Below the pieces are notes generated by a model. The model had not been told where the DNA came from. It worked only from the letters and a program-made list of their open reading frames with translations, and did not search any database. From Polyangiaceae bacterium (GTDB taxonomy: Bacteria; Myxococcota_A; Polyangia; Polyangiales; Polyangiaceae): DNA of 64,000 nt. This document shows, in pieces, positions 38,619-47,468 of this stretch (position 1 is the stretch's first letter; every line of letters starts with the position of its first letter). The stretch spans positions 256,001 to 320,000 of the forward strand of contig CBDCTZ010000015.1 in assembly GCA_965222375.1 (NCBI GenBank), read 5' to 3'. The position numbers and the translations under genes were made by a program.

Positions 38619-39182
38619 ATGCGCGTGATCGCGGGCACCCTCGGCGGCCGACGCCTGCGGGCACCGCCGGGTCGCGGCACGCGTCCGACGACGGACCGCG
38701 TGCGCGAAGCACTCTTCTCGATCCTCGGAAACCTGGAGGAGCAACGCGTGCTGGACTTGTACGCTGGTAGTGGCGCGCTGGGCATCGAGGCGCTGTCTCG
38801 AGGTGCCAAGCACGCAGTGTTCGTCGAACAGGCAAAGCCGGCGCTCTCCGCTCTGCGAGACAACCTGCATGCGCTAGGGCTGGAGCAGCGAAGTGACGTG
38901 CTCGGCGTGGGCATCGAGCGCACTAGGGCTCGGCTTAGCCAACTGGGCCCCTTCGATCTGGTGCTCTGCGATCCCCCGTGGGCGGAATTGGACGTCGCCG
39001 TCCGAAATCTCGGGCGGGCCTTGCCGGGCTGCCTTGGGGCGGGAAGCCGGCTGGTGCTGGAGCACGCCGCCGGGGCCGAGCCACGGCTACCGGCCAGCCT
39101 CAGCCTGGGCCTGAGCCAGCGCCGCCAGTGGGGCGACTCAGGAGCCTCATTTTTCCGTCAGATCGCCTCGGAATGCCCCTGA
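38619..39182 (+). CDS. rsmD: 16S rRNA (guanine966-N2)-methyltransferase
   Basis: MRVIAG, TRPTTDRVREALF, LDLYAGSGALGIEALSRG, DPPW. Confidence 0.97.
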   Translation: MRVIAGTLGGRRLRAPPGRGTRPTTDRVREALFSILGNLEEQRVLDLYAGSGALGIEALSRGAKHAVFVEQAKPALSALRDNLHALGLEQRSDVLGVGIERTRARLSQLGPFDLVLCDPPWAELDVAVRNLGRALPGCLGAGSRLVLEHAAGAEPRLPASLSLGLSQRRQWGDSGASFFRQIASECP

Positions 39183-39263
39183 ACGGACGGCGCTGTTCCA
39201 GAGCTTGCTTGTTCCACTATAGTCCTGCCAGATATTGTCGTAGATCCATGGATGGAGCACTTA

Positions 39264-39842
39264 ATGGCTGAATCGACCGCACCGCCGCCGAAGACAGGAA
39301 GCGGCGGCTTCATCGCCGCTATTGTGGTGATGCTGCTATTGGGTGGCGGTCTCGTCTTTTGGAAGATGAGAGGGCAGGAAGAGAAGGTGGCCGAGCTGCC
39401 GCCTCCTCCTCCGCCGAAAACGGCGGAGCCTGTACTGGAAGCCCCCCCACCGCCTCCCCCACCCAAGGAGGAGGACGCTGGGACGAAAAAAGTATCCAAC
39501 ACCAAGCGGGTCGTCGGTGGCGGCGGCGGTGGCTGCGGCGGAACCTGCAAGGGTACCGCCAGCGCGGCGCTCCAATCGGCGCTCCGCGGTCGCGCGGGCC
39601 AGTCCCGCGGCTGCTACGAGCGAGGATTGCGCCAAAATGCCCTGCTTCAAGGAAAAATCACCGTGGCCATCCGCATCGGGCCGACAGGTCAGGTTTGCAG
39701 TGCCAGCATAGCGAGCAACAGCGTGGGAGACCCCGGCGTGGCCTCTTGCGTCCTCGGGATGTTCCGGTCCGGGACCTTCCCGGCCCCTCAAGGGGGTTGC
39801 GTCGACGCCGCAGTTCCTATGAACTTCGTCCCGAAGTCGTAA
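39264..39842 (+). CDS. AgmX/PglI C-terminal (TonB-C-like) domain protein
   Basis: TM helix, Pro-rich linker, CYERGLRQN..LQGKI..I.P.G.V...C....FPAP.GG. Confidence 0.8.
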   Translation: MAESTAPPPKTGSGGFIAAIVVMLLLGGGLVFWKMRGQEEKVAELPPPPPPKTAEPVLEAPPPPPPPKEEDAGTKKVSNTKRVVGGGGGGCGGTCKGTASAALQSALRGRAGQSRGCYERGLRQNALLQGKITVAIRIGPTGQVCSASIASNSVGDPGVASCVLGMFRSGTFPAPQGGCVDAAVPMNFVPKS

Positions 39843-39855
39843 TACGGAGGCGGAC

Positions 39856-40161
39856 GTGCGGCACTGGGTCTGGATTTACATGACGTTCCCGATCGTCCTC
39901 GCAGGAGCATGCGGCGAGGACGACGGCAAGACGCCCAACTGCCCCGACCTGCCCCTGTACGACGTACAAGATGCGACTGCGGCAGCGATCGCAGCACGCC
40001 AGGCCAATGAGTCCGCGGGCTGTGTGACCGGGCCGGGCACAGCGTCAACGAGCAACACGGGTGGCACCGGCGGTGGCAGTGGCGGAAGTGCGGGCTCCGC
40101 AGGCGCCTCCGGGGGCTCAGCGGGCTCAGCGGGCTCGAGCCAAGACGCGGGCTCAGACTGA
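39856..40161 (+). CDS. Small lipoprotein
   Basis: Signal ending AGAC; Gly/Ser tail. Confidence 0.65.
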   Translation: MRHWVWIYMTFPIVLAGACGEDDGKTPNCPDLPLYDVQDATAAAIAARQANESAGCVTGPGTASTSNTGGTGGGSGGSAGSAGASGGSAGSAGSSQDAGSD

Positions 40162-40192
40162 GCACGCTTGTCAGTGCCGTGGGCTTTGAGCT

Positions 40193-40987
40193 GTGACTGA
40201 GCACAGCCATGGCGTGTTGCTCACACTCGCCTACGACGGGGCGCACTACTCCGGCTTCGCTCGCCAGGTCAACGCACGCAGCATCGCGGGCGAACTGGAA
40301 GGAGCAATCCGCGCCATCGATCCGCAGGCCAGTCACGTGCGAGCCGTCAGCCGCACGGACGCTGGCGTACACGCTCTCGGACAGGTGCTCAGCTTCGACA
40401 CGGTCAAAGAGATCGACTGCAGAGGTTGGGTCCTCGGCCTCGCGCAACAGTTGCCCAGAGAGATCGCCGTCGTGCGCGCAGCGAGCGTGCCGGTCGGTTT
40501 TGATCCGCGCAGCGTGGCTGAGCAAAAGACGTATCGCTACGCATTGCTTCACAGTGTGACGCGGGATCCATTTTGGCACGAGCGTGCCTGGCGCTTGCAC
40601 GAGAGGTTGAACCACTCGGCAATGATCGAAGAAGCGAAGTCGCTGTTGGGGACTCACGACTTTCGTGCGTTTCGCAGTGCGCAAGACACACGAGAAAACA
40701 CAGTGCGAACCATGCTGCGCGCCAACGTGGCTATCTCGAAAAGCGATGCACGCGTGATCGAAATCGAAGTCGAAGGCGACCGATTCATGCACAGAATGAT
40801 GCGCATCATTTGCGGTACCCTTGTGGATATTGCCCGGGGCCGACTGGGGAGCGGTGCTATCCAGCGCGCGATCGCCTCCGGCCGGCGGGAGGATTTGGGC
40901 GTCACCGCGCCGCCAGGTGGCCTGTGTTTGGTGCGGATCGTCCTGAGCGATGCCGGACAGGACGCCTGGCCTGAGGCCGCTCATTGA
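40193..40987 (+). CDS. truA: tRNA pseudouridine(38-40) synthase
   Basis: AYDGAHYSGF, SRTDAGVHA, GTHDFRAF, FMHRMMRII, TAPPGGL. Confidence 0.97.
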   Translation: MTEHSHGVLLTLAYDGAHYSGFARQVNARSIAGELEGAIRAIDPQASHVRAVSRTDAGVHALGQVLSFDTVKEIDCRGWVLGLAQQLPREIAVVRAASVPVGFDPRSVAEQKTYRYALLHSVTRDPFWHERAWRLHERLNHSAMIEEAKSLLGTHDFRAFRSAQDTRENTVRTMLRANVAISKSDARVIEIEVEGDRFMHRMMRIICGTLVDIARGRLGSGAIQRAIASGRREDLGVTAPPGGLCLVRIVLSDAGQDAWPEAAH

Positions 40988-41012
40988 CTGGGGTGGCCTC
41001 GTCGCGTAGCTT
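40984..41012 (+). promoter_or_regulatory. Candidate sigma70-type promoter for the spt-like gene
   Basis: TTGACT (40984-40989), 17-nt spacer, TAGCTT (41007-41012). Confidence 0.5.
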
Positions 41013-41130
41013 CCCCGGCGCAAGAATTGGAAGTCTTCGCGCGGTCCGGCGGTGCTTTTTGCAGCCCGCGAATAGGTAGCGCAGTCATGAAGAGTTGTCG
41101 CTACGCGAGCACGCGCCGAGGGAAAAGACG

Positions 41131-42690
41131 ATGAGCCTCAAGGAACGCTTCTCCGAGAGCGGGAAAAAGATCCTTCAGAATCCGGCCGTTCTGCGCTGGA
41201 TGAGTGACGACCGGGTGATGAAGGCCGCCGAAGGCCTCATGGACGCTCCAGGCAGGATGAAGGCCGCTTGGCGGGTGCTGCTCAACGGGCACGACCTTCC
41301 GAACATAGACCCAGCACTCGACGAATCCATGGGCGAGGTTCCCAGCGCGACGACGCCGAGTGCCGCCACGCCAAGTGAGGCCAAAGCTCCGCCAGCCGCG
41401 AAGAAGCGCAACGGCGCCGCGCCGAGCCTGCAGGGCTCCGACGACATGAAGACCTCCCTGGCCCAGCGCAGCAGCTTGTCCGGCATTGGCGGCAAAGACG
41501 TCTTCGAGAAGTGCTACCAGTTCAAGGCGGCAGACAACGCCCGCAAGATGGGGATCTACCCCTTCTTCCGACCCTTGGACTTCAACGACGGCCCCGAAGC
41601 GCAGATCGATGGCAAGCGTGTGACCATGTTCGGGTCGAACAACTACCTCGGCCTCACCACCCATCCCAAAGTTCGCGAGGCGGCGAAGAACGCCATCGAT
41701 CGCTTCGGAACCAGCATGACGGGTTCTCGCCTCGTCAACGGCAGCATGAAGCTGCACGAGGAGTTCGAGGAAAAGCTCGCGGCTTGGTTCGGCAAAGAAG
41801 CCGCCTTGGTGTTCACGACGGGCTACCAGGTCAACATCGCCACGCTCTCCGCACTGCTCAGCAACAAGAAGAGCGTCGCAGTCATCGATCGCAACGTGCA
41901 CGCCTCCCTCTACGACGGGGTGCGCCTGGGCCAAGCCGCTGGCGCGCGCCTGGTCCGCTACAAGCACAACAACGCCGGCGCATTGGACCGAGCGCTTGCG
42001 AAGATCGAGGACGCCGAGGGCGCCATCGTCGTAACCGACGGTGTTTTCAGCGCTGAAGGCGAGATCGCCCACCTGGACGAACTCGTGCCAGTGGTGAAGA
42101 AGCACGGCGCCCGCGTTTTCGTGGACGACGCTCACGCCCTCGGTGTCATCGGCCCCGAGGGTCGCGGTACCGCGCATCACTTCGGGCTGTCGGACCAGGT
42201 CGACCTGATCGGCGGCACCTTCAGCAAGAGCTTCGCCAGCATTGGCGGCTGGCTCGTGGGCGAGGCCAAGGTGCTGGACTACATTCGCCACTTTGCCCCC
42301 AGCTTCATGTTCGCCGCCAGCGCCGCGCCGCCCAGTGTGGCAGCCGCGATGGCCGCTTTCGATGTCATGCGAGAAGAGCTCTGGCGCATCGAGAAGCTCC
42401 GCGACAACTACACCTACATGCGCGACGAACTCCGCAAGCTCGGTTTCGAGCTGGGTCACACGGAGACTGCCGTCATTCCGATCTACATTCGACAAGATCT
42501 GCGCACGATCATGATGTGGCGCGACCTGCTCGAGGACTACGGCGTGTACACGAACCCGTTCATCTCGCCCGGAGTGCCACCAAAGAGCGCCATGCTGCGC
42601 ACCAGCTACATGGCCACCCACGAGCGCGAGCACCTCGACCGAGGCCTCGAGGCTTTCGAAAAGGTCGGGAAGAAGTACGGGGTCATCTGA
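41131..42690 (+). CDS. spt: PLP-dependent alpha-oxoamine synthase, likely serine palmitoyltransferase
   Basis: FGSNNYLGL, GSRLVNGS, TTGYQ.N, HAS, DDAH, GTFSKSFASIGG; bCerS-like and CerR-like genes nearby. Confidence 0.75.
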   Translation: MSLKERFSESGKKILQNPAVLRWMSDDRVMKAAEGLMDAPGRMKAAWRVLLNGHDLPNIDPALDESMGEVPSATTPSAATPSEAKAPPAAKKRNGAAPSLQGSDDMKTSLAQRSSLSGIGGKDVFEKCYQFKAADNARKMGIYPFFRPLDFNDGPEAQIDGKRVTMFGSNNYLGLTTHPKVREAAKNAIDRFGTSMTGSRLVNGSMKLHEEFEEKLAAWFGKEAALVFTTGYQVNIATLSALLSNKKSVAVIDRNVHASLYDGVRLGQAAGARLVRYKHNNAGALDRALAKIEDAEGAIVVTDGVFSAEGEIAHLDELVPVVKKHGARVFVDDAHALGVIGPEGRGTAHHFGLSDQVDLIGGTFSKSFASIGGWLVGEAKVLDYIRHFAPSFMFAASAAPPSVAAAMAAFDVMREELWRIEKLRDNYTYMRDELRKLGFELGHTETAVIPIYIRQDLRTIMMWRDLLEDYGVYTNPFISPGVPPKSAMLRTSYMATHEREHLDRGLEAFEKVGKKYGVI

Positions 42691-42694
42691 AACC

Positions 42695-43999
42695 ATGAGC
42701 TGTCGGCGCACGCACGGACCCTGGGTCACGGCGGCGCTCGCCGCTTCGGCGGTCACCCTCAGCGCTCCCCTCGCTCTCGCCAACGACGCAGAAGGCGGCG
42801 GCTGGTTTACAGCTGGCTACCTCTTCTCCACAGGCGACAGCCGCTCTCCGGCCACGGGCCACGGCGGCGAAGGAACCTACGTCTGGTACCCGAACGCAGA
42901 TGAAGCCACCTACGGCATCGGGGGCTTCGTACAGGCGCAGAGCTACAGCTCTCACGGCCGCTACGCCGTGGGCGGACAGGCCAACTACAGGTTCGTAGGC
43001 ATGGAACTCGGGTATTCGCTACGAGAGGCCCACGGCAAGTACACGAAGACCCACGGTCTGCAAATCGCTCCCTTCGCGTCCATCGGCGCCATCGCGCTTG
43101 GACTCCGAACCACGTGGCCCGTCACCGACAACGACAACAACAGTGGCTTCGAATACGCCTTCACCTTGGCACTGAAGCTCGGTGGCCCCCTTGGCGGGAA
43201 CACGCCAGACTTCATCAAGTTGAACATCCCGGCCGGCCGCCCATTGCGCGTAGACGGAGTGCTCCAGACCGCGGCCAGCTGTGCACGCGCGGACTGGCGA
43301 GCCCGACTGCGGCCTCAGCTCGCCCAGCTCAGCCTGGAGAAGCGAAATTGGCTGACTGCCCAATGGCTTGCAGACGCCCTGGATGAGCACTCTTCGATTG
43401 CCGCCTTCGAGCGCCTCGAGCGCGAGCTGCACGCCTTTGGAGCGGACGGCAGCTTGCGCGCTCGGGTGCGGCGCGCGGCGCGCGAGGAACGCAAACACGC
43501 GCGACTGTGTTTCGGCCTGGCCAGCACCTACGGCGGCACCGATCTTGGACCGTCCGAGGACTCCTTGCCCTCGGATGGTCCCGTGCGTTCACTGGAGCAG
43601 CTCGCAATCGAATGCGTGGTCGACGGTTGCATCGGCGAGGGCGCCGCTGCCCGAATAGCGAAACGCGTCGCTCGAAGCTGTCGAGACCCGGTCGTGCAGC
43701 GAGTGTTGAACACAATCGCCGTCGAAGAGGCGGAGCACGCAGAACTCGCCTGGCGCGTTCTAGACTTCCTGCGCAGCCTCGCGCCGAGCCGTGTGGACGC
43801 CCTCGCAGTGGCGGCCGCCCTCGATTCGCCCCTCGAAGCGCAAGTCCCCCGCGCAAAGACGCGAGGCCTGCACCTGGGCCGACCGACCCAGCACGTCATG
43901 CAGCAGTCCTACCGAGCGTCGCGTCGAGCCGTACTCACCCGCCTACGCCACGGCGCCGCCCGCCGCCTAACCCACACCCTCGCCGCAGACGCTGCGTGA
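42695..43999 (+). CDS. Ferritin-like domain protein with secreted beta-rich N-terminus
   Basis: Signal peptide, beta strands, then GRPL and DEHSSIAAF / EERKHA / CIGE / EEAEHAELAW diiron-type motifs. Confidence 0.8.
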   Translation: MSCRRTHGPWVTAALAASAVTLSAPLALANDAEGGGWFTAGYLFSTGDSRSPATGHGGEGTYVWYPNADEATYGIGGFVQAQSYSSHGRYAVGGQANYRFVGMELGYSLREAHGKYTKTHGLQIAPFASIGAIALGLRTTWPVTDNDNNSGFEYAFTLALKLGGPLGGNTPDFIKLNIPAGRPLRVDGVLQTAASCARADWRARLRPQLAQLSLEKRNWLTAQWLADALDEHSSIAAFERLERELHAFGADGSLRARVRRAAREERKHARLCFGLASTYGGTDLGPSEDSLPSDGPVRSLEQLAIECVVDGCIGEGAAARIAKRVARSCRDPVVQRVLNTIAVEEAEHAELAWRVLDFLRSLAPSRVDALAVAAALDSPLEAQVPRAKTRGLHLGRPTQHVMQQSYRASRRAVLTRLRHGAARRLTHTLAADAA

Positions 44000-44034
44000 G
44001 CTCACGGGGAAAGAAGCCGCCACCTACTGCGGGC

Positions 44035-44092
44035 ACGCCCACGCTTACGAGGACGCGGACGCCCACGTTCATGGGAGACGGGGACGTTGACG
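44035..44092. repeat. 6-nt periodic (ACGNNN)n tract
   Basis: ACG at 44035, 44041, 44047, 44053, 44059, 44065, ATG at 44071, then ACG at 44078, 44084, 44090. Confidence 0.75.
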
Positions 44093-44130
44093 AGCCGCGT
44101 TCACGACGCGTTGGCAGAGACGAAACCGTA

Positions 44131-44260
44131 CCCGTACCCGTTCCTGCGTACCCGTACCCGTTCCTGCGTAGGCGTACCCGTTCTTGCGTAGGCGTATCCG
44201 TTCTTGCGTAGGCGTACCCGTTCTTGCGTAGGCGTCCCCTTTCTCGCATAGGCGCCCCCG
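44131..44260. repeat. 20-bp tandem repeat, about 6.5 copies
   Basis: Consensus GGCGTACCCGTTCTTGCGTA; units start at 44131, 44151, 44171, 44191, 44211, 44231, 44251. Confidence 0.95.
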
Positions 44261-44346
44261 TCGCCCCAGCTAGGCCTTTCGCGAGAGTAGGGGCCCAGCG
44301 TGCCCCATCGAACCGACCCCAAAAACCAAAACGATGAGGGCCGGCT

Positions 44347-46155
44347 TCAGCCGCCGTTGGGTTGGCCCATGCGCAGGGGACCACCCCGTGCCGTGGACCA
44401 GAGCATGCAGTTTTCGCTGGAGCCGGGCACGGTGAAGATGTCCATGCCGTGTTCGAAGGTCTGCACGAAGATCTCCAACTGTCCGTCACCGTCGACGTCG
44501 GCAATGGCCGGCGCTGCGGGAGCTCCGTTGCCGTTTCCGTTCTTGCCTGGGTTGGGTAGAGGCACGTCGTGAAGGAGCGAGCCATCAGCGCCGAGAATGA
44601 TCAAGTGGCCCGAATCGAGCACGTCGGGATCGCCATAGGTGGCAAACACCACTTCCGGAGAGCCATCTTGATTCAGATCGACGACTGTGGCCTCGGTGGC
44701 AAACATGATCTTCTTGCCGAAGCGATGGTCGAAGCGCCAAAGCTCCTTGGCGCCCGCGTCGAAGGCGTACATGTGTCCGTCGTTGAGGGGCACGACGATC
44801 TCGGGCATCGCGTCCCCTTGCAGGTTCACCGTCGTCGGCGCCGGCACGCCCCCGGGTGGGTAGTAGCCGCTCACACTGATGGGCGCGCCGCCCCGGGGCA
44901 GAGTTTCCCAGCCGGCTTTTCGCATGGCTGAGCGGCTGCCGTCCCCGTGGGCGCTCTCGAGGGCCATGATTGCGTAGGCCTGGGTCTCGTAGGGTTCGTT
45001 CTTTTCGACGTTGGGCACGCCGACGACCTCGTTCTTACCATCGCCATCAAGGTCGACGACATTCGGCGGCGACGCCGTCCATTGCAGCCACTCTTGGGCC
45101 TTGGGGTGCGGCCACTCGCCGGTGTGCTTGTTGTAGTGATCCTCTTCGACCTTCGGATCGGCCCAACGGATGAACTGCCCCCAGGTCAGGCGTTGGTCCT
45201 TGTGGTCCTTGGAGCGATTCTTGAAGTAGGGCGCCGCGTCGATGCTCACGCCGTCGTGCTTGAAAGCCTGAATGTGATGGTTGTCGTAGGTGACGAGAAC
45301 TTCGAGATCCGGACTGTCGTCGATGTTGCCGATGCCAACGTTCAAACCGTAGCAACCGTAGCCGCTATGCCCCTGGCCGTTGCGGTCCGCGTCGTTGCCC
45401 TCGCCACCGGCGTTGTTGTAGCGGGGCCAGGCGGACCAAGAGATACCGGCGGGTTGATGCAGCTGCCCGTTAGCCGAATACACGAATACCTGCGCCCCAC
45501 CCTTTTCCGTACTCGCGGTCTGGGTCGTCGTCGCGACAATCTCCAGCGTGCCATTGCCGTCCAGGTCCCCGGCGGCCAAGCCACGCACCTCCGGCGCATT
45601 GCCCGCCGTGGTCGTATCTACGGGGAAGCCACTCTTCATCGCCAGAGCGCCGCCCTTCCACTCGTAGGCGAACACTTTGGAGTCGTTGCCGAATACGATC
45701 TCCGTGGCTCCATCCCCTTCCAGGTCGGCAACCACATGGGGCGCGTAGATGCGTCCATCCCCGTCTTCGGCCTTGTCCAGAACCGCGCCGCTCGCATCGA
45801 GAACGTACAGGGAATAGTAGGCAGCGATGATCTCGCGTTTTCCATCGCCATCCAGGTCCTGGATGATGGGCGAGGCATACCAGCTCGTCTGGCCCTTCAC
45901 ATTGCGGACGAAAGTCGGTGCTTGAACTTCGCCAGCACTGGTGCCCTTGTCGCAGGTCGGGTTGCGCGTGCCGCCGGTCGTGCTGCCACCACCTGTTCCC
46001 GTCGTGGCTCCCGTACCGGGATTGGCGCCGGTTCCTGTCGCGCCGCCGCTGCCGCTCGCCCCACCACCCGAGTCGTCATCGCCTCCACAGGAGGCAAAGG
46101 CTAGCGCGAGTGCGAATACGCCCACGCCGCGGAGCAACAAGCGAACATCCCTCAT
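44347..46155 (-). CDS. FG-GAP/VCBS repeat lipoprotein
   Basis: Lipobox FASC; repeated DLDGDGxxEI motifs. Confidence 0.9.
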   Translation of the reverse strand: MRDVRLLLRGVGVFALALAFASCGGDDDSGGGASGSGGATGTGANPGTGATTGTGGGSTTGGTRNPTCDKGTSAGEVQAPTFVRNVKGQTSWYASPIIQDLDGDGKREIIAAYYSLYVLDASGAVLDKAEDGDGRIYAPHVVADLEGDGATEIVFGNDSKVFAYEWKGGALAMKSGFPVDTTTAGNAPEVRGLAAGDLDGNGTLEIVATTTQTASTEKGGAQVFVYSANGQLHQPAGISWSAWPRYNNAGGEGNDADRNGQGHSGYGCYGLNVGIGNIDDSPDLEVLVTYDNHHIQAFKHDGVSIDAAPYFKNRSKDHKDQRLTWGQFIRWADPKVEEDHYNKHTGEWPHPKAQEWLQWTASPPNVVDLDGDGKNEVVGVPNVEKNEPYETQAYAIMALESAHGDGSRSAMRKAGWETLPRGGAPISVSGYYPPGGVPAPTTVNLQGDAMPEIVVPLNDGHMYAFDAGAKELWRFDHRFGKKIMFATEATVVDLNQDGSPEVVFATYGDPDVLDSGHLIILGADGSLLHDVPLPNPGKNGNGNGAPAAPAIADVDGDGQLEIFVQTFEHGMDIFTVPGSSENCMLWSTARGGPLRMGQPNGG

Positions 46156-46202
46156 GACGAACCTCCAGAAGAAGCGTTCATGATAGCAGCCGGCGACTGC
46201 CT

Positions 46203-46973
46203 TTAGTTGGCCAGGAGCAAGAGCGCCCCGACCACCAAGTACCACTCGGGCTCGAAGTAACCCAGGAGCACCCAGATCCCCGCTTGCATGGTCAAGATCC
46301 CGGCTGCGGCGTAAACCCGCACACTGGGAAAAACGAAGCCAATCGCGCCGATTTCCATCATCAAACCGAAAACACCCACAACCAATCCGACGGCGCTGGA
46401 GCGCGCAACTACATGGCGTGCACTTCGGATGAAACGTGGTCCGGTGTAGGCGCGCTCAGCGATGAGTAGCGCGTGATGATGGGACCGCATCCAGTCCCAG
46501 CCAGTGAGGCGCAGCTTGGCGATCGCCGACAGCACGTAGGCGCCACCGATCACACCGCAGGCAGCGTGCCAACCCAAAACGTCCGCGCGCGCTGGTGGTT
46601 CTCCAAGCTGCCGGGCGATTTGAGACGCCACGAGCCATGCGCTCAAGGCGGCGCCCGCCGGCACGTACTTGCCCAACCGCACCACGATGTCGTCGGGCCA
46701 ATCGGCGATCTCGATGCGACGAATGATCATCAAGAACGCGATCACCCCCAGCGCGGCAAGGCGGGGCCACACCCCCGACGCAAAGCAATAGACCAGTGCG
46801 AGGAAGGGAAGTGTCGCCACGACGAGCAGGACTACACGCCGGCGTCGCGTCGGGGGGCCAAACATTTCGAGTCGCATGGCGTAAACCGGACGATCCGACC
46901 ACGCGATGTGCATCGCGGAGTTTGCCCAGGACAAGAGCAACGCCAAGCTGAGTACGGCAAGCTCCCAGCTCAT
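46203..46973 (-). CDS. Polytopic membrane protein, HTTM-like
   Basis: YVLSAIAKL...W.W and later E..A..F motifs resemble HTTM domains. Confidence 0.55.
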   Translation of the reverse strand: MSWELAVLSLALLLSWANSAMHIAWSDRPVYAMRLEMFGPPTRRRRVVLLVVATLPFLALVYCFASGVWPRLAALGVIAFLMIIRRIEIADWPDDIVVRLGKYVPAGAALSAWLVASQIARQLGEPPARADVLGWHAACGVIGGAYVLSAIAKLRLTGWDWMRSHHHALLIAERAYTGPRFIRSARHVVARSSAVGLVVGVFGLMMEIGAIGFVFPSVRVYAAAGILTMQAGIWVLLGYFEPEWYLVVGALLLLAN

Positions 46974-47380
46974 GACGCAATCGTCGCTGTGCCCTCGGAA
47001 ACGGGGCGCAGGGTCTCCTCAATCTGGCCATCCGGCAACACGCGAAGCATTCGGTACCCCGCTTCGACCTGCGTGCCCTTCGCTGGGGGCTCCGAGGTCG
47101 TTCGCGCGTTGAGCAGGCGCTGCACCTCGTACACGATCCACTGCTGAGAGCACGGCACGCGGGTAGGATCCAACGCTTCCACGTCCATGCCCCAGAGCGC
47201 CTGGATCTGCTCGGGTTCCAGAAAGCGGTCACCCGCGCGCAGATACAGCACCGCCCCTTCGCTTCGGTCTTTCAGCGCGGCGTACATCAAGTAGCGGGAG
47301 AACGGAAAACGCTCTCCCACGATCAGCGAGATGACCACATATGCGACCAGCGCCGCCGCGGCATAGGCGATCTCGTGCAT
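46970..47380 (-). CDS. Membrane-anchored partner protein
   Basis: N-terminal TM then ERFPFSRYLMYA; 4-nt overlap with the downstream gene. Confidence 0.65.
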   Translation of the reverse strand: MHEIAYAAAALVAYVVISLIVGERFPFSRYLMYAALKDRSEGAVLYLRAGDRFLEPEQIQALWGMDVEALDPTRVPCSQQWIVYEVQRLLNARTTSEPPAKGTQVEAGYRMLRVLPDGQIEETLRPVSEGTATIAS

Positions 47381-47468
47381 CCAGCGGATTATGCCTGCTC
47401 TGGCGCAGTGCGCCCAGTCGCCGGGAGAGGACTGCGGCCCGGCTATCGGCTATCGTTTGTGCGTCGTG

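Noticed and set aside
40989..40999. 11-nt match TGGGGTGGCCT to the IS end as a second IS scar
   Set aside because: No other IS sequence nearby; it lies in the spacer of a plausible promoter and is likely chance
41101..42783. 560-aa antisense ORF over the spt-like gene
   Set aside because: Codon-bias mirror of a GC3-rich gene; no recognisable motifs
44131..44260. CRISPR array or coding repeat
   Set aside because: Units are head-to-tail without unique spacers, and the 20-nt period is not a multiple of three
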